A stretch of 63,130 nt of DNA, filler included, from 14 parts of 14 records of this genome joined end to end with filler, not necessarily neighbours in it; one strand, 5' to 3'. Shown: positions 21,485 through 34,014, counted from the whole stretch's first letter. The notes: generated by a model from the letters alone, not told the origin. A program made the numbers and translations.

Positions 21485-24400
21485 CTAAGCACCATCATCG
21501 GCATTGGCCATCTCCGAGGGTTCCAGCCCCTTTGACACTAAGAAATTCTGGATCCGCTCCTTAGTGTCAGTGTCCGGCTCGAGCATCTCGGGGGTTAGCT
21601 CTGCCCTATTGAAAGGGTCCAAGTGCTCAGTAAGCAGAATCCGCATGATCACAGCGCGGTCCATCGTCTTGCCGGACGTGGGCAGCCGGACCGGGTCAAG
21701 CATCAGAGTCTGCATGATTGGGTCCAAAAAGTCCTCTGGCACCTGCCCTGGCAACTGAGCACGCTCCAACCGGGCGCGGCTGGCTTGCCTCGCCAAGGAG
21801 ATCTTCCCGGGAAGACTCGGCCTTGCTGAATTCGATGATTGCAGCGACCAGCTTACTGAACTGATCGGCCTTGGCGTCACGCTTGGCCGGCTCGGACCGC
21901 TCGATCTGCTGAAAGAGCACCACGGCCGCCTCGAATATGGCCGGCTTGAATGAGCGGCCGTCCTTGGCGCAGGCCTCTATGAATTCGGATTCGTTGGCAA
22001 AGTTGAGGTACGTGTTGACGATCGTCTGGAGCAGCTTCTTTGGGTTGAAGTGGTACTTGTATGGGTTGGCCACAGTCAGATTCCGCCGCTTGTCCGGGTC
22101 GGCTAAGGTGACCAGGAAGAAGTTCAGCATCTCAGCCAGCCGGCTCACCTGCCCCAGTTCGAGCCAGACTCTGGGCCCGGCACCATCTCCGGCAGCAGGA
22201 ACTGAGCCTTGGTCTCTGCCGAGAAATAGGAGAGCAGATTGACCTAGCCCTCGGCTCAGGCCAGCCGGGCGAGCATGGGCGCCGTTTCGTTGGCTAGCAG
22301 GAACTCGATCCGGACCACATGCTCGTCTCGCCCGTGGCTGCGCTCGGCCTCCCGCCGCTCCTGGACTGGCATCTGGGCCCACTGTGGCGTGTTCATCTGG
22401 GCCTCGCGGTCGTGGATCTCTATCAGCTTGTTCAGAGCCTCGTCGAGCAAGTAGGTCGAGTCGTTGAGCAGCATGTTGATGAACCGGACAGAGAGGTCGT
22501 TGTTATCAGTACCCACCCGCAAGATCGCCTAGCCTCGAGTCTCAAGCCGGCTATAGGTGGCGGCTGGGCACCTGCTTGTGCACGCCGATCGACCATAGGA
22601 ATTTAAACAGGCATGCAATCTGGTATCGCACATTAAACTTCTCATAAAACTGCGAATCTCGGCCGGTGTGCTCTATGTCCACATAGAGTGCCATCAGCGC
22701 CGGCCCGAGCTGTGGGGCTGTCAGTCGAGACAGGGCCGGGGGCTGCCTGGGCCATGAACATAGACTCGTCCTTGGGCTCGAACAGGTACGCAAGTTGGGC
22801 TGAGAGCGCGTGACTCATGTCAGTTGGAGCGAGTGAGAGCAAGATCTCCACAAGGTTGGACCTGCCTCCAGTCAGTCGGGCTAAAGGCCTGCTACCTAAG
22901 GTGAGTCGAGTTGAGCAGACTCGTGTCGGCGAGCAGCATCACAATCGCCTTCAGAATCTTCTCCAGGTTCTGTACCTAACCAAGCGGCTCAGCCTCGACT
23001 CAGCGAGCAGGCGTGCCTTGAGTAAGACCACTGGCTGAGTCCTTAGCACGAATATAAGGAAGTCTCCCATGTCTTCGACTGCAAACTCGGGTATGGCCCG
23101 GTACGCGGGGGGCAAAGGCTGGGGGACCGGCAGCTTCTCGCCCTTGTTCACAGGATCCACCACAGTACACAACCACTCGGCGAAGAATACGTACAGCCTG
23201 ACGCCAACTTCCAGGAATTCGGGCGCACACAGGCAGGCCTCCATCGCCACGCGTAGTGAGTTGCCCTGGGCCTTGCGCGCCCGGTCGCCGCCCTCGTGCT
23301 CGAGTTGGGCCAGCCTGCGGACCAGCGCCTGGTGCTGACTGATGCTCTTGAGCACTCCGACGTGCATCGTCCTGAGCGTGAGCCAGAACACCTCGGTAAT
23401 GAAGCTGTATGGCAGCGGCGGCGCCATCACGTGCGGGTGCTCATCCTTCATCCGCTGCAGGTCTTCATCGCTCCAGTTGGGTACAAACTCGAACGTCTGC
23501 TCGGCCTTGGTCCCCTTCTTCCGTTCCAGCAGCTGCTGCTGAGCCACTTCCCTCCACTCCTCAACCTCGCTTGATGTAGCCATCAGCCTAGTCTCCTTGG
23601 ACAAGTCAAGCCTAGGGCAGAGGCAGTACTCCGGGTCCACCAGGCTCAGCTTCTTAAAGTCCACCGTCAGGAACGGCAGGCACAGCTTGAGCAGCACACC
23701 AGCCAGGTTGGTCAGAAGCCCCTCAGAAGAACTGATCGCCTCGTTTGCTTGCATCTGCGCGCGAGAAGCGTTCGCCTCGACTATAAACTGCAGAAACTTG
23801 ACCTGCCCAGCCGTCAGCCCGGTCGGCCGGCCAGCACACCGCAGCCTCTCTGCACTCGATTCCGCCTTTGAGCAGCTGTCTGAACAACTCGTGCAGCTGG
23901 TTCCTAGCGGAGCTGAGCACCAGCCGGACGCACTGCTCCGAGGTCTCGAGCTCGGCGTGGCTCTTGTTCCCGCCGAACAGCTGTTCGACCACCTGCGGGG
24001 TTTCGCGCATGTTGCACGAAAGCGAGAAGAACGGCGCGAGGATCGTCTGCATTTCCAAAGATCGGCCCTCGAGTGTGGGGTGGATCCAGGCCGGGCTCCG
24101 GATGAGCACCTGCTGGAGCTGCGGGAACGAGACCAGATACTTGAGCGCGGCGAGCGGCTCGGAGGTCGAATTAAGCAGTGTGAGCTGCTTGGTTCGCTCG
24201 GTGATCTCGTGGAAGACAGGTCGGAACAGCCTGTGAATGGTCTCCGGGTCGATAAAGTGCTGGGCGGCCACTGCGTTGACGAACCCGGACGGGAGCGAGG
24301 AGACCCCGGCCTTGGAGCATAGCCTGGCCACAAACTGCTGGGTCACGTCGTGGATGCTCTGGTTTGCATTGAACGCCGCCGGGTGAACCAGCACCCGGAC

Positions 24401-24742
24401 GAAGTAGCCTTGGATCAGCTGGCCGCAGCGCTCGTAAAAGGCCTGCTTTTCGATCGACTTGTGGAAGTCGCTTTGCTCGATCTCCTGCAGCCGCGACATG
24501 CAGTCCAGCAGGTACTCGACATTGTCGGTGTGCCTGCCGGTCAGTTTCTCCACCAGCAGGGCCTCGATCGTCGCAGGCGTCACCAGGTGTATCCCAGGCC
24601 CGCCCAGCGCGATCAGCAGCCCGGAGACCAGCTTGAGGTTGTCGTATCCCGGCTTCTCGTCCGCTTGGCACACCAGTTTGAAGGTTTCCATCAGCACTTT
24701 CTGTCGCCACAGCTCGGGATCGACGCCGTCCGGCGACGCCAT
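21485..24742 (-). CDS. UFD2: Ubiquitin conjugation factor E4 (U-box), 8 introns of 34-46 nt, 4 of them GC-AG
   Basis: Ufd2 core (LYVDIEHTGRDSQFYEKFNVRYQI, FINMLLNDSTYLLDEAL) and U-box (VPEDFLDPIMQTLMLDPVRLPTSGKTMDRAVIMRILLT...DPFNR). Introns at 23803-23839, 22976-23016 (GC), 22862-22895, 22710-22746 (GC), 22529-22571, 22244-22282 (GC), 22149-22183 and 21743-21788 (GC). Confidence 0.95.
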
Positions 24743-24935
24743 CTGAATCGCGGACAACCGGCCCGGAACGGCGCGAGGTCGACGCTCCGCCGCAGTCAAG
24801 CTCCGCCGAGCCGCCGGTGCGCCGGTCCGGCCGAGCCTGTGGCGCTGGGCTTGTACTGTGAGCCGAGGCAGCCCGAACAACGGAACTGCAGCAGCTGCAG
24901 CTGAAGAAGTGAAGGTCCCCTGTTTTTGACTTGGC

Positions 24936-25710
24936 ATGGGCAGCTCGAGCTCGCGCCCACCGCCTCAGGGCTCGCATGAAACGTGGGCTGACCTCCCGCT
25001 GGACAAGGATGGGCTACCGATCCTGCCGGGCAAGGGCTGCTGCAGCTCGGTCTCCCACGACATGCGCGCCACCACCCGACCCACCAGCGGCGCCTACGGG
25101 ACTCCAGCCCCGCAGGGACCCTGGCGGACATTCCAGCAATACGAGCAGCAGCACCAGCCGCACGAGCCGCCGCTGCGCACGGCGCTCGCCTGGGTGAACC
25201 AGTGCCAGAAGACCAAGCCCGATGCCCAGCTGGGCAACCCGCAGGCGGTCGAGCGGCTGGCCAAGCTCGAGTTCATGCTCGATGCTCCAGCGCCATTCCT
25301 CGGCTCTCCCGTCGCGCATTACCCGCCGCGGCAGCGCTACGACCGGCCCAAAGAGCAACTGCCACACTACCCGGGCTTTGCCGGGCCGGTGCCACGGCCG
25401 GCGAGACCGACCTTCCCGCCGGCTCTCAAGGGGACGAGCAAAGATGGCCCCCAGCCGTTGCCGTATACCGACCCGATGCGAGACAGCTACGGAGCGCAGC
25501 CACAGCAGTACGGAGCACAGCAGCAAGGGTACGGGCAACAGAGCTATGGTGCACAGCAGCAGCAACAGGGCTATGGAGCACAGCAGCAAGCATACGGGCA
25601 ACAAGGCTACGGAGCACAGCAGCAACAGGGCTACGGATCACAGCAGCAACAGCCGGGCTATGGAGCACAGCAGCAACAGAGCTATGGAGCACAGCAGCCG
25701 CAACAGCAAC
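24936..25710 (+). CDS. Protein with a predicted N-myristoylation motif and YG(A/S/Q)QQQ prion-like repeats, 3'-truncated
   Basis: Starts MGSSSS. About 10 YG(A/Q/S)Q repeats at 25480-25710 run into the contig end. Confidence 0.75.
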
Positions 25711-25810
25711 NNNNNNNNNNNNNNNNNNNNNNNNNNNNNNNNNNNNNNNNNNNNTTAATTAATTAANNNNNNNNNNNNNNNNNNNNNNNNNNNNNNNNNN
25801 NNNNNNNNNN

Positions 25811-26852
25811 GCACAATCCCATTCCCTCGCCCATCGTGCCCGTCCTTCTTCTCAGTGGGGGTCCCGAATCCCGGCATAGAGGAGTATATCACACCGGCCC
25901 CGTAATTAATCATAGTGCCTTGGCATACGGGCTCCGGCAGCCCTGGATCAAAGCCCACCTGCCCTTGGAACGAACTCCCGCCGTTGTCGCTCTCAGCGGT
26001 CCCCCGGCAATTGCACTTGCCTGGTCCGTGGAATAAGAAATTCCTCGCCCGAAGTGTCACCCCACCGGATGGCGTCTCTGCAATCGCCGGCTCGTCCAGC
26101 CCCAGGAACTTCGCTGGCAGGCCGGTGGTTTGATTGAGAGACATTTTCCACGAAGCGCCGTGATCGTCCGAGTACCAGACTGCATCGTACGTATATCGCC
26201 CATGGTGCCCTGCGAAAAGCAACCGACCGGGCGCAAACTTATTGCTCGGCGACAGCTGGAGACCGTTGCCAGGGCCCACCGTTGGGTTAGGCTCAGCGGG
26301 CGGGAACCCGTCTCCGAGAAACACGGAAATATTCCGGAGCTTGCTCCAGCTCTGGCCTTTGTCGGCTGAGTTGGTCTGCCAGACCGTGCCATTGGAGGTA
26401 AACTGCGAGATGATTTGCTCAGTCACTCGGTCATACACAAGCCCACCCGCTGCGAACGCCTCGCCGGCCACTGTGTGCACCATCCGGATCTGCGACCAGC
26501 TCCGCCCGCTGTCGTTTGAGTATTTCATGCAGGTGCTCTTGGGCAGCACCCCTGCCTCGGTCTGGACGTACTCAGGCGGGAGCGCGTGGTAGCCGTTGCA
26601 GCTCCTGGGGTCCAGGTTGCACCCGCCGAACGCCACCAGCGTGTCTGCGGCCATGACGACGTATCCGGTGTAAGTGCAGGCGTAGGTCAGGTTGGAGTGC
26701 AGGTCTGTTTCGCCCGGCCAGAAGAGGTTAGTAGTGTTCCATCCGGACTGGATCACCGGACGGGCAGGCTCGGGCTGCGGCGTTACCTGGGCCCGGCCGG
26801 CGGCCAGGATCAGCGCGGCGGCAGTGACAGCAACAAGGGCCCAGCGGTGCAT
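25811..26852 (-). CDS. Secreted BNR/Asp-box beta-propeller, sialidase (GH33)-like, 3'-truncated, intronless
   Basis: Signal peptide MHRWALVAVTAAALILAAGRAQ. Asp boxes SNDSGRSW, SADKGQSW, SDDHGASW, SDNGGSSF. Also GPGNGLQL...GRLLF and LPEPVCQG. Confidence 0.85.
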
Positions 26853-26971
26853 TGGCTGAGTCGAGAGACCACAGCAGAGCGTGGAGTCCAACGGACTCGA
26901 CTCCACCCACTTTGGCGCTCTTGGGAGCCCGAGTTGCGGGAGCAGCGGCTCTCCTTGGTGCCGGCGACACA

Positions 26972-28402
26972 ATGGCAGTCGCCAGCCGGGCCGGCCGGGT
27001 GCCAGTCGAGAGCTCAGCCCGGAGGCGGAGCAAGAAGCGCCGGCCCAAGTCCCAAGCGGCTTCCCGTCAACGTGCGGGCGCCGCGCAGCGGCCGGGACTG
27101 CCGAGCCAGCTGCGGTATGCCGGGGATCAGCCGGCCGAGATCTACGCCGGGCTGAGCCTCCGGGACGAGCGGGTGGAAAACACGACCTGGTGCGGTCCGG
27201 AGGACGGCGACGGCGCCTGGGGGGACGGGTTCTGCGGGTGGGGCGAGGAGGACGCCCAGGACTCGCAGGACAGTGCTTGGGGCATAGCGCTGGGGGCCGG
27301 CGGGGTGGCTGGACCGACCAGGCTGGTGTCGCGTCGCCGACGGGTGCGCACTCCGCCTGCTGGGGCGCGGCTGGCGCGGAAAACCGGGGCGCCCAAGGCG
27401 GACGGAGAGGAGCCGGGCAACACATGGTTAGTGCCCAACCTCCGGCCGCACACTGTGGGTGCCAAGAAAAGACCGTCAGAGGTGTTCAAGGGACCCGTCG
27501 AAGATCAGCAAGACGGCGGCGGGGCTGACTTGCCAATGCGGCGAGTACCCAAAGTGGAGAGCCCCCCTCCACCTGCTCGCAGAACTGTTGTTTTAGACCG
27601 GCCACGAGGGATACCGATGAGGCCAATCACTCCCGACATAGATGGATCAACGCCACTTTCTAAACACAGAGAAAAGCTTCAGCCACAGACTTTATTGGCC
27701 CGGATAAGACAACCATGTCCAGATGACCGGCTTGCCCAGCTCACAGGCACATCAGTGGGTCAGCCCAAGCCTGCGACGAGCGGAGTGATTAACCAGCCCC
27801 GCCTGAAGAGCGGTGACACTCGTCGTCCATCGACGAGTTTCGAGACCGTGAGGCCTGCGGGGTTGCGCGCCGGAGGCAGGATCAATGGCGAATCCAGGCC
27901 TCTGTTGGATTGTCGAGCAGCTAGCACCGTCTGGCCCAATAGTCATTTCGCTCCAAACTCTCCGTCAGACGAAACTCATAGCAAAGCCGCCAACGAAGCC
28001 AGTTTAGCGAGCACTGGTGACCTAGGTCAATTTGCTGATACTCAGTAGGGTTGCAGGCATTCCAAAACCAGATAGCACCAAGCCCGATGACGGCCAGGCA
28101 GCTGCCCAGGTTGCTGGTTTCAGTGGCATTCAAGGCAACCCGGGACAGGGGACTTCCGAAATGAGCCCTATGGAAATGGCCCTTCTTCCTAATTGTACGA
28201 GCAAGCTGGAGTCTTATCTTGAGGTGTGCAACGGCCCTCCTGAACTTAAGGCCTTATGACTTTTGAGCAGAATCTGTGCAACAAAAGCGAGGTGCCCAGC
28301 TATGCTTTCGTGGATCCTGTGATTGCCTCAAGAGTCGCGACAAATCCTCCGTCAGGCAAAGAGAGGCGACCCCCGTTATTGGTCATTGTGCTCATTACGT
28401 GA
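26972..28402 (+). CDS. Hypothetical low-complexity protein
   Basis: Long open frame from ATG 26972 to 28048, with plausible GT-AG introns afterwards. No recognisable domain; 3' end uncertain. Confidence 0.45.
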
Positions 28403-29750
28403 ATCCGGCAAGAGTTGTATCTCGCCTTGTGGGGTCTTCGGAACTCCTGTGCTAATCGGTTTGTCCAAAAGTTTCTGAGCTTTTGAGAATAAGAGCTTGT
28501 TGCAGAATGGAAGCATCATCTGCAGAACCACAAATCTGGTCATCACCATAGCGGTTACAATGTTTTGCACCGGTTTCATATTTTCGCACATTCGATTTCC
28601 AAGGTCTCTGCACCGATCGACCTTCTCAAGATGCTCTTCTCCCCCCTGGACAAGCTCGTCAGCCATCGCAGGCTTTGGCGCGTAGCACCTTTGAAGAGTC
28701 AAACTGTTGCTGCATCTTGTTGTGGCACAGCTGCTCCACCTAGGGCAGCCGGACTTAAGCCCAATAATAACTGCCCAGCTACCCGAGCCATTAGCAGTTC
28801 CTCGCGCTGGTCAAGTTCGTCCCTGAGGTCACGGAAGTTTTGCTGGACCCGATTCTATCCCAGACGTGTCAAGGCCGGCTAGAACTGCTCAGCAAGTGCA
28901 CCTGTGCATCCGCAATCACCTGCTCAATATCCCGGTCGGAGTTGACATTGTTCATCAATGTATTACTCAACTGCCAGCTGCCAAAGGAAGCCACATGTAA
29001 GCCAGGAAGCCACAGGCTAGGCGCACTGCTGTTGGTCGAGCTTCGCAGCTACAGAATTCCAGCGTTCGCAGGTCTCTTCTATTGCCATGGCGACATCACA
29101 GCACTGATCGAGCTCCTCCGGATTTGCCTACCCCCACACGCTTTGGTGCCGTCTGCAACGTCTGGACTACCTCCACAAACTCAAGGAACTCTGACTCTGT
29201 CATCAACTCCTCAGTCGCCTTGCAATAGTAATACCGATCCTCCGTCTCTGAATCCTGTACCAGCCAGTATGCTGGCAGCAGGGCTTCGGGCGGCTACCAT
29301 GTCGGGTTCCTCGAACGTTATGATGTCATCAAACACCCGCTCCAGCACGTTGAGCTCATCATACTGGCTTCGAAATCGCGAAGTCCCGCGCCGAGCACCA
29401 CTCGAGGCGAGTGAAGTGCTCGCGCTGGATTCATCCAGCGAGCGCATGCCGCCATGACGCTTGGAGCTGCAAATCCTGGTGAGCCTGCAAGCGCTGCCCA
29501 TTATTCGAACCTGCTCCGCAGCTGGCCCCGCCGCCTCTCGATCGCTGACACGGGCCGCCGGATGGTCTTGCTGTCTGAGCTAGCCCTCGGGTACTGGTCG
29601 GGCATGCTGGCGTGCTGGGCTGGAGCTTCGAATCCGTCCTGCTGGCCTGCATGGGGGCTCCCATCGCCTGCATGGGGCACCTGCACGTAGATCGAGCCGG
29701 CGCCCACCGGCTGAGGGTGCCCCCGGCGCTTGGCGCTGACAGGCCGACCG
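28376..29750 (-). CDS. Multi-exon coiled-coil protein with a B-box C-terminal (BBC)-like segment, 5'-truncated
   Basis: Spliced IEQVIADAQ|NRVQQNFRDLRDELDQREELLMAR|VEQLCHNKMQQQ resembles TRIM-type coiled coils. Several GT-AG introns of about 35-50 nt. Confidence 0.55.
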
Positions 29751-29850
29751 NNNNNNNNNNNNNNNNNNNNNNNNNNNNNNNNNNNNNNNNNNNNTTAATT
29801 AATTAANNNNNNNNNNNNNNNNNNNNNNNNNNNNNNNNNNNNNNNNNNNN

Positions 29851-31401
29851 CTCATGTTCTCGAGTGCGCTCGGAGGCAACTACGACGCCCTCCGTGGCGA
29901 GATGAACGGATCGATTATCAACAGGTCGCCGTTCAACTCGACCAACAAGCTGGCCACGGTGGCGATCAAGCACCAGCGCACCTGCGAGATGTACATGATC
30001 GGAGCCCCTGAGATGGTAGTCAACTGCTGCTCCGCACAGGACGTCGGGAGGGGCCAGCCGGCCGGGCTCGATTCTCAGGGCAAGAGCCAAGTGCTCGACC
30101 GGATAACGGACCTGGCCAAGATGGGCCTGCGCACCGTGGCTCTGGCGTACAAGGTGCTCTCGTCAGAGAAGGAGGGAAGCGCGCCCGCGAGCCAGATGGT
30201 GCTGCTCGGGATCATCGGGATCAAGGACCCGCTCCGGCCGGACGTGCCTGAGGCGGTGGCTGCGTGCAAGCGGGCCGGAATCACCGTCCGGATGGTCACT
30301 GGCGACAACGTGCACACCGCCATCCACATCGCGCGCGAGTGTCAGATCCTGACAGCGCACGGCACTGCAATTGAAGGCCCACAGTTCAGCAACATGACAG
30401 ACGAGGAGGTAACCGCAAAGCTCGACACGCTGCAAGTGCTCGCGCGCTCGTCGCCGAACGACAAGCTCCGGCTGGTCCGGCTGCTCCAGGATGCTGGCGA
30501 GGTGGTTGCTGTGACAGGCGACGGGACCAACGATGCACCGGCACTCAAGAAAGCTAATGTGGGTCTCTCTATGGGGATCACGGGCACCCAGGTGGCGATG
30601 GACGCGTCGGACATCGTGATCATGGACGACAACTTTGCCTCGATCGTCAACTCGGTCAAGTGGGGCCGGTCTGTGTTTGACAACATCCGGAAGTTCATTC
30701 AGTTCCAGCTCACCATCAACGTGGTTGCGCTCACTGTCTCATTCGCCAGCGCAGTCTACTGCGCATTTGTGCCGCCGGCCGATACAAAGTTTACTTCGTT
30801 TGACACTGAGAAGTGCACGCCGCTCAACGCGATCCAGCTGCTCTGGATCAACCTTATCATGGACTCAATGGGAGCGCTCGCGCTGGCCACTGAGAAGCCG
30901 GACGAGGCGCTTCTCAAGCGCAAGCCGGTGAGCAAGGAAGAGGGGATGGTCAGCCCGATCATGTGGCGGAACATTGGCGTGCAGGCCACCTTCCAGCTGG
31001 TGTGCATCGCGCTGATCATGTTCTGCCCTGAGAAGCTTGGGTTCTCAATCGATCCGTACAAGCACCTCGGGTACACTGAGATGTTCCAGTCGCGGCCGCA
31101 CTACACCATCGTGTTCAACATGTTTGTGTGGGCGCAGATCTTCAACGAATTCAACTCGCGCCGGCTGGACAACACGCCCGACTGCTTCAGCGGCGTGCTC
31201 TCGAGCAAGATCTTTGTCGGAGTGATCATCGCCACTGTGGTGGTCCAGTTTCTGTTTGTCGAGTTTGGCGGTGACTATGCCAAGACCACCGCTCTCACCA
31301 CCCCCGACTGGATTAGGACAGTGGCCATCGCTTCGTTGACGATTCCTCTCGGATTCGTCGTGAGAAGCCAAGGGATGTTCATCAAGGCCAAGTTAGATTA
31401 A
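29851..31401 (+). CDS. P2B (PMCA/ACA-type) Ca2+-transporting ATPase, C-terminal part, no introns in 1.5 kb
   Basis: GIKDPLRPDV, VRMVTGDN, ARSSPNDK, VAVTGDGTNDAPALKKANVG, FIQFQLTINVVA, QLLWINLIMDSMGALALATEKP, QIFNEFNSRR. Confidence 0.97.
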   Translation, partial: LMFSSALGGNYDALRGEMNGSIINRSPFNSTNKLATVAIKHQRTCEMYMIGAPEMVVNCCSAQDVGRGQPAGLDSQGKSQVLDRITDLAKMGLRTVALAYKVLSSEKEGSAPASQMVLLGIIGIKDPLRPDVPEAVAACKRAGITVRMVTGDNVHTAIHIARECQILTAHGTAIEGPQFSNMTDEEVTAKLDTLQVLARSSPNDKLRLVRLLQDAGEVVAVTGDGTNDAPALKKANVGLSMGITGTQVAMDASDIVIMDDNFASIVNSVKWGRSVFDNIRKFIQFQLTINVVALTVSFASAVYCAFVPPADTKFTSFDTEKCTPLNAIQLLWINLIMDSMGALALATEKPDEALLKRKPVSKEEGMVSPIMWRNIGVQATFQLVCIALIMFCPEKLGFSIDPYKHLGYTEMFQSRPHYTIVFNMFVWAQIFNEFNSRRLDNTPDCFSGVLSSKIFVGVIIATVVVQFLFVEFGGDYAKTTALTTPDWIRTVAIASLTIPLGFVVRSQGMFIKAKLD

Positions 31402-31594
31402 GCTTTCCCAGAGCTCTGATGCACTCTGCAAATGAATCGTAGTATCGGCATTTGGCGGTAATTCAAACGCAGGATACCGTTGTACATGTATAAAGTTTCG
31501 ACGCACGTTTTAAATGCATTTTTCAGAAATCTGTTGGCATGTTAGTTACAGAACTGTTCGTCGTTGTGGCGCAATCATCAAAGATTCAAAAAAT

Positions 31595-34014
31595 TTATTC
31601 GAGGTCTGCAAGTTCTTGATACAGTCTAGCTAGCTTGGAGTGATTCGGCGTGGCCTTCTTAGGTTTGAGTGCTGCGCGACTGCTTTTCGCACTAGTCGTA
31701 GAATTCCCATCTTTTCTCTGAAGCAAGCTCGATATACTTCGTGGATTTGAGCGGGTTGAGGCCTTCAAGCCCCTTTTCACAGGCTTTGAAGACGATCCTT
31801 GACGAGACTGGGTAGAGCGTGCAGCGCGGGTGGCCTTCAGTGGATTCTGCCAGCCAGCGATCACATCTCTGAAGTCACACAGGGGCTTACCGCTTTCGGC
31901 GTCGGAGTGGGCCCTTCAGTCGAAGATATGCTACCGGGATTCTTTGCAGCGGCCTCGACCAGGCTCTGGCAAGTCTCGATCTGACCACAAACACAGTCAT
32001 GCAACCTATGACAGAAGCAGAACCTGCTGCGATAGGGAATCTACTGACATCCTGTGCGATTCATTCATAGTCTCAGCCAACTGCAATAACAAATATTGTC
32101 ACCAAAACATTGGCTCGCATGTCACCTCGGCAATGCTAGACGAAGCGTGCTCAAGTTTTGTCGCAAGCACTTGATTATTCTCAGCGCTCTTGTTCAATGA
32201 GCCCTCGAGCATTTCAGTATAGGCATGGTTAGCCGCTCGCTCGAACTCTGCCACTGCGACCGCTGATTCTGCGACCGCTTCCGCAGATTGCTGCTCGGTT
32301 TCCAAATCTTGTAGCATGGCCTCTAGCTCAGACTCGGCAGCTTCAAGAGGGCGGACCGCAGGCTGGTGCCTCTCTTCGACAACCTGTCGCAGCGACTGCT
32401 CACCCGCACTCTCGACGGCTTCCAGGGAAAGCCCATCAGCAGCATCGCCGACTGACCCAACAAGGCGATTTACATCGTCGATCAATTCAGTCAGTGACTC
32501 CTCGTCACTGCCCAACACTTCAGGCAGGTCTACAGATTCAACCATTAATTCGGCCTCAAATGTGTCATCCACGATGTCAAATTTGCCTCCACTCTCGATG
32601 AAGGTTGTCACAGCATCAGCCAATTCTGCCCGGCTGAGACTGCCAGAGCGGTCATGATCAGTGCTGGTCAGGCTGCCAGTAACCCATTGGGCAAAGCGTT
32701 CATACCGAGTTCCCTTCAAGTAGACCCCCATCTCTGTTACTGTCAGCTGGCCATTTCGGACGTGCCGATCTGCTTTTCTAAATATCCGCCTTACGACCCG
32801 CTTCACAAGCTCTACGTCGGGAAATATTGTGGGCGGTTCCTCCCACCCTGGTTGGATGGGGTGATGGAATGACTTAAGAGAGCGATGTCTTCCGTGTCGC
32901 AATTCGTCCCGATCAACTAAACCGTGATTGGTGTCAACATCAGAAAATCGGACTCGAGAGCCAAGTGGCTGGTTGCTCGGCGCTGTTGTCCTTTCCCGCT
33001 GTGGTGTGCCTGGGCTTGGGGCAGGGGCTGATGGCAGCCTTGCTCCAAACTCGACGGCGCCGCAGAATTTGTCCAGCCAAGAAGCCATTTGCTTGGATCC
33101 GGGCCCAGAGAGAAACTCATGTGACGATACAGACGTGCTGCCATCAAGCAAAGAGGCTAACATGCTCGACAGGTCGGGCTTCTTGTACTCCACACTCGAA
33201 ATCACCTCTAAGAAGCTCAGAAGCACTCTGTGAGAAGCCCTCGGGGACAGCTCATGGCTTTCTGGGGCATCGAGAGTGCAGAGCAGCTCGAAAATAACCT
33301 TGAGCCTGTCTTCCAGCGAAATGTTCGCCAGAGCAATAATTGCACACGCGCAGGCCAGGCGCGACACTCCCACCCAACTCTCTAGCACCGACCAAAGCAG
33401 CTTGGCCACCGAGAAGCCAGCCTGGGGCGTGGCTTGCCTCACAGTCTGCTCGAGCACAAACTCAAAGTCGTCGAACCGCATCGGCTGCAGCAGCGCAGGG
33501 CCTCCAAGCGTTCGGACGACTTCTTGTATAGACACATCGAATCCTTCAGAAGGCTGATCGGCCAAGGCCGAGGAGCTGATGCTCAACGCCTCAGAAGGGC
33601 CCGCCTCTACCTGCTGATCGCTCTCTTGCAGCCCCCCAGACGGCCCTAGCCCGGCGGGATGCTCCTCCGCCGCCATGGCGAGCCCTATGTCGATAGTCTC
33701 GCCCATTTTACTAACAAGCCGGTTCATCATGTCCTCGACTGGCTCGGCTGAGTGCTCGGCTGAGGGTGTGCCACGCTGAGCAAGCAGCTCAGTCTGGAGC
33801 TGCTCCTTGTCCGCAGCCGCAACCTCTATCTGCTTCTTCAAGGCAACGATTTCGGCCTCAGCTTGATGCTTCTCGTGACCCAGCGCGCCCGCCTCACTGG
33901 CAAGCTGATCGAGCTGTGAGCCCATGCCTTCCATCTTCTTAGTCTGAGCCTCTTTCTCAGCCTGCAGCTCGGCCAACGCGTTGTTCTTGGCAACAATGGT
34001 GTCCTCCATCTGTT
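31595..34014 (-). CDS. Coiled-coil/EF-hand protein, 5'-truncated
   Basis: ORF 32099-34009 with EF-hand-like segments (LEDRLKVIFELL, DVDTNHGLVDRDEL, DHDRSGSLSRAEL), then a terminal exon ending at 31595. Confidence 0.6.

Noticed and set aside
21485-24742. Apparent frameshifts, pseudogenes or programmed frameshifting in UFD2, CDK8, tafazzin and 14-3-3
   Set aside because: Every break I examined is resolved by a short GT-AG or GC-AG intron that restores conserved motifs.
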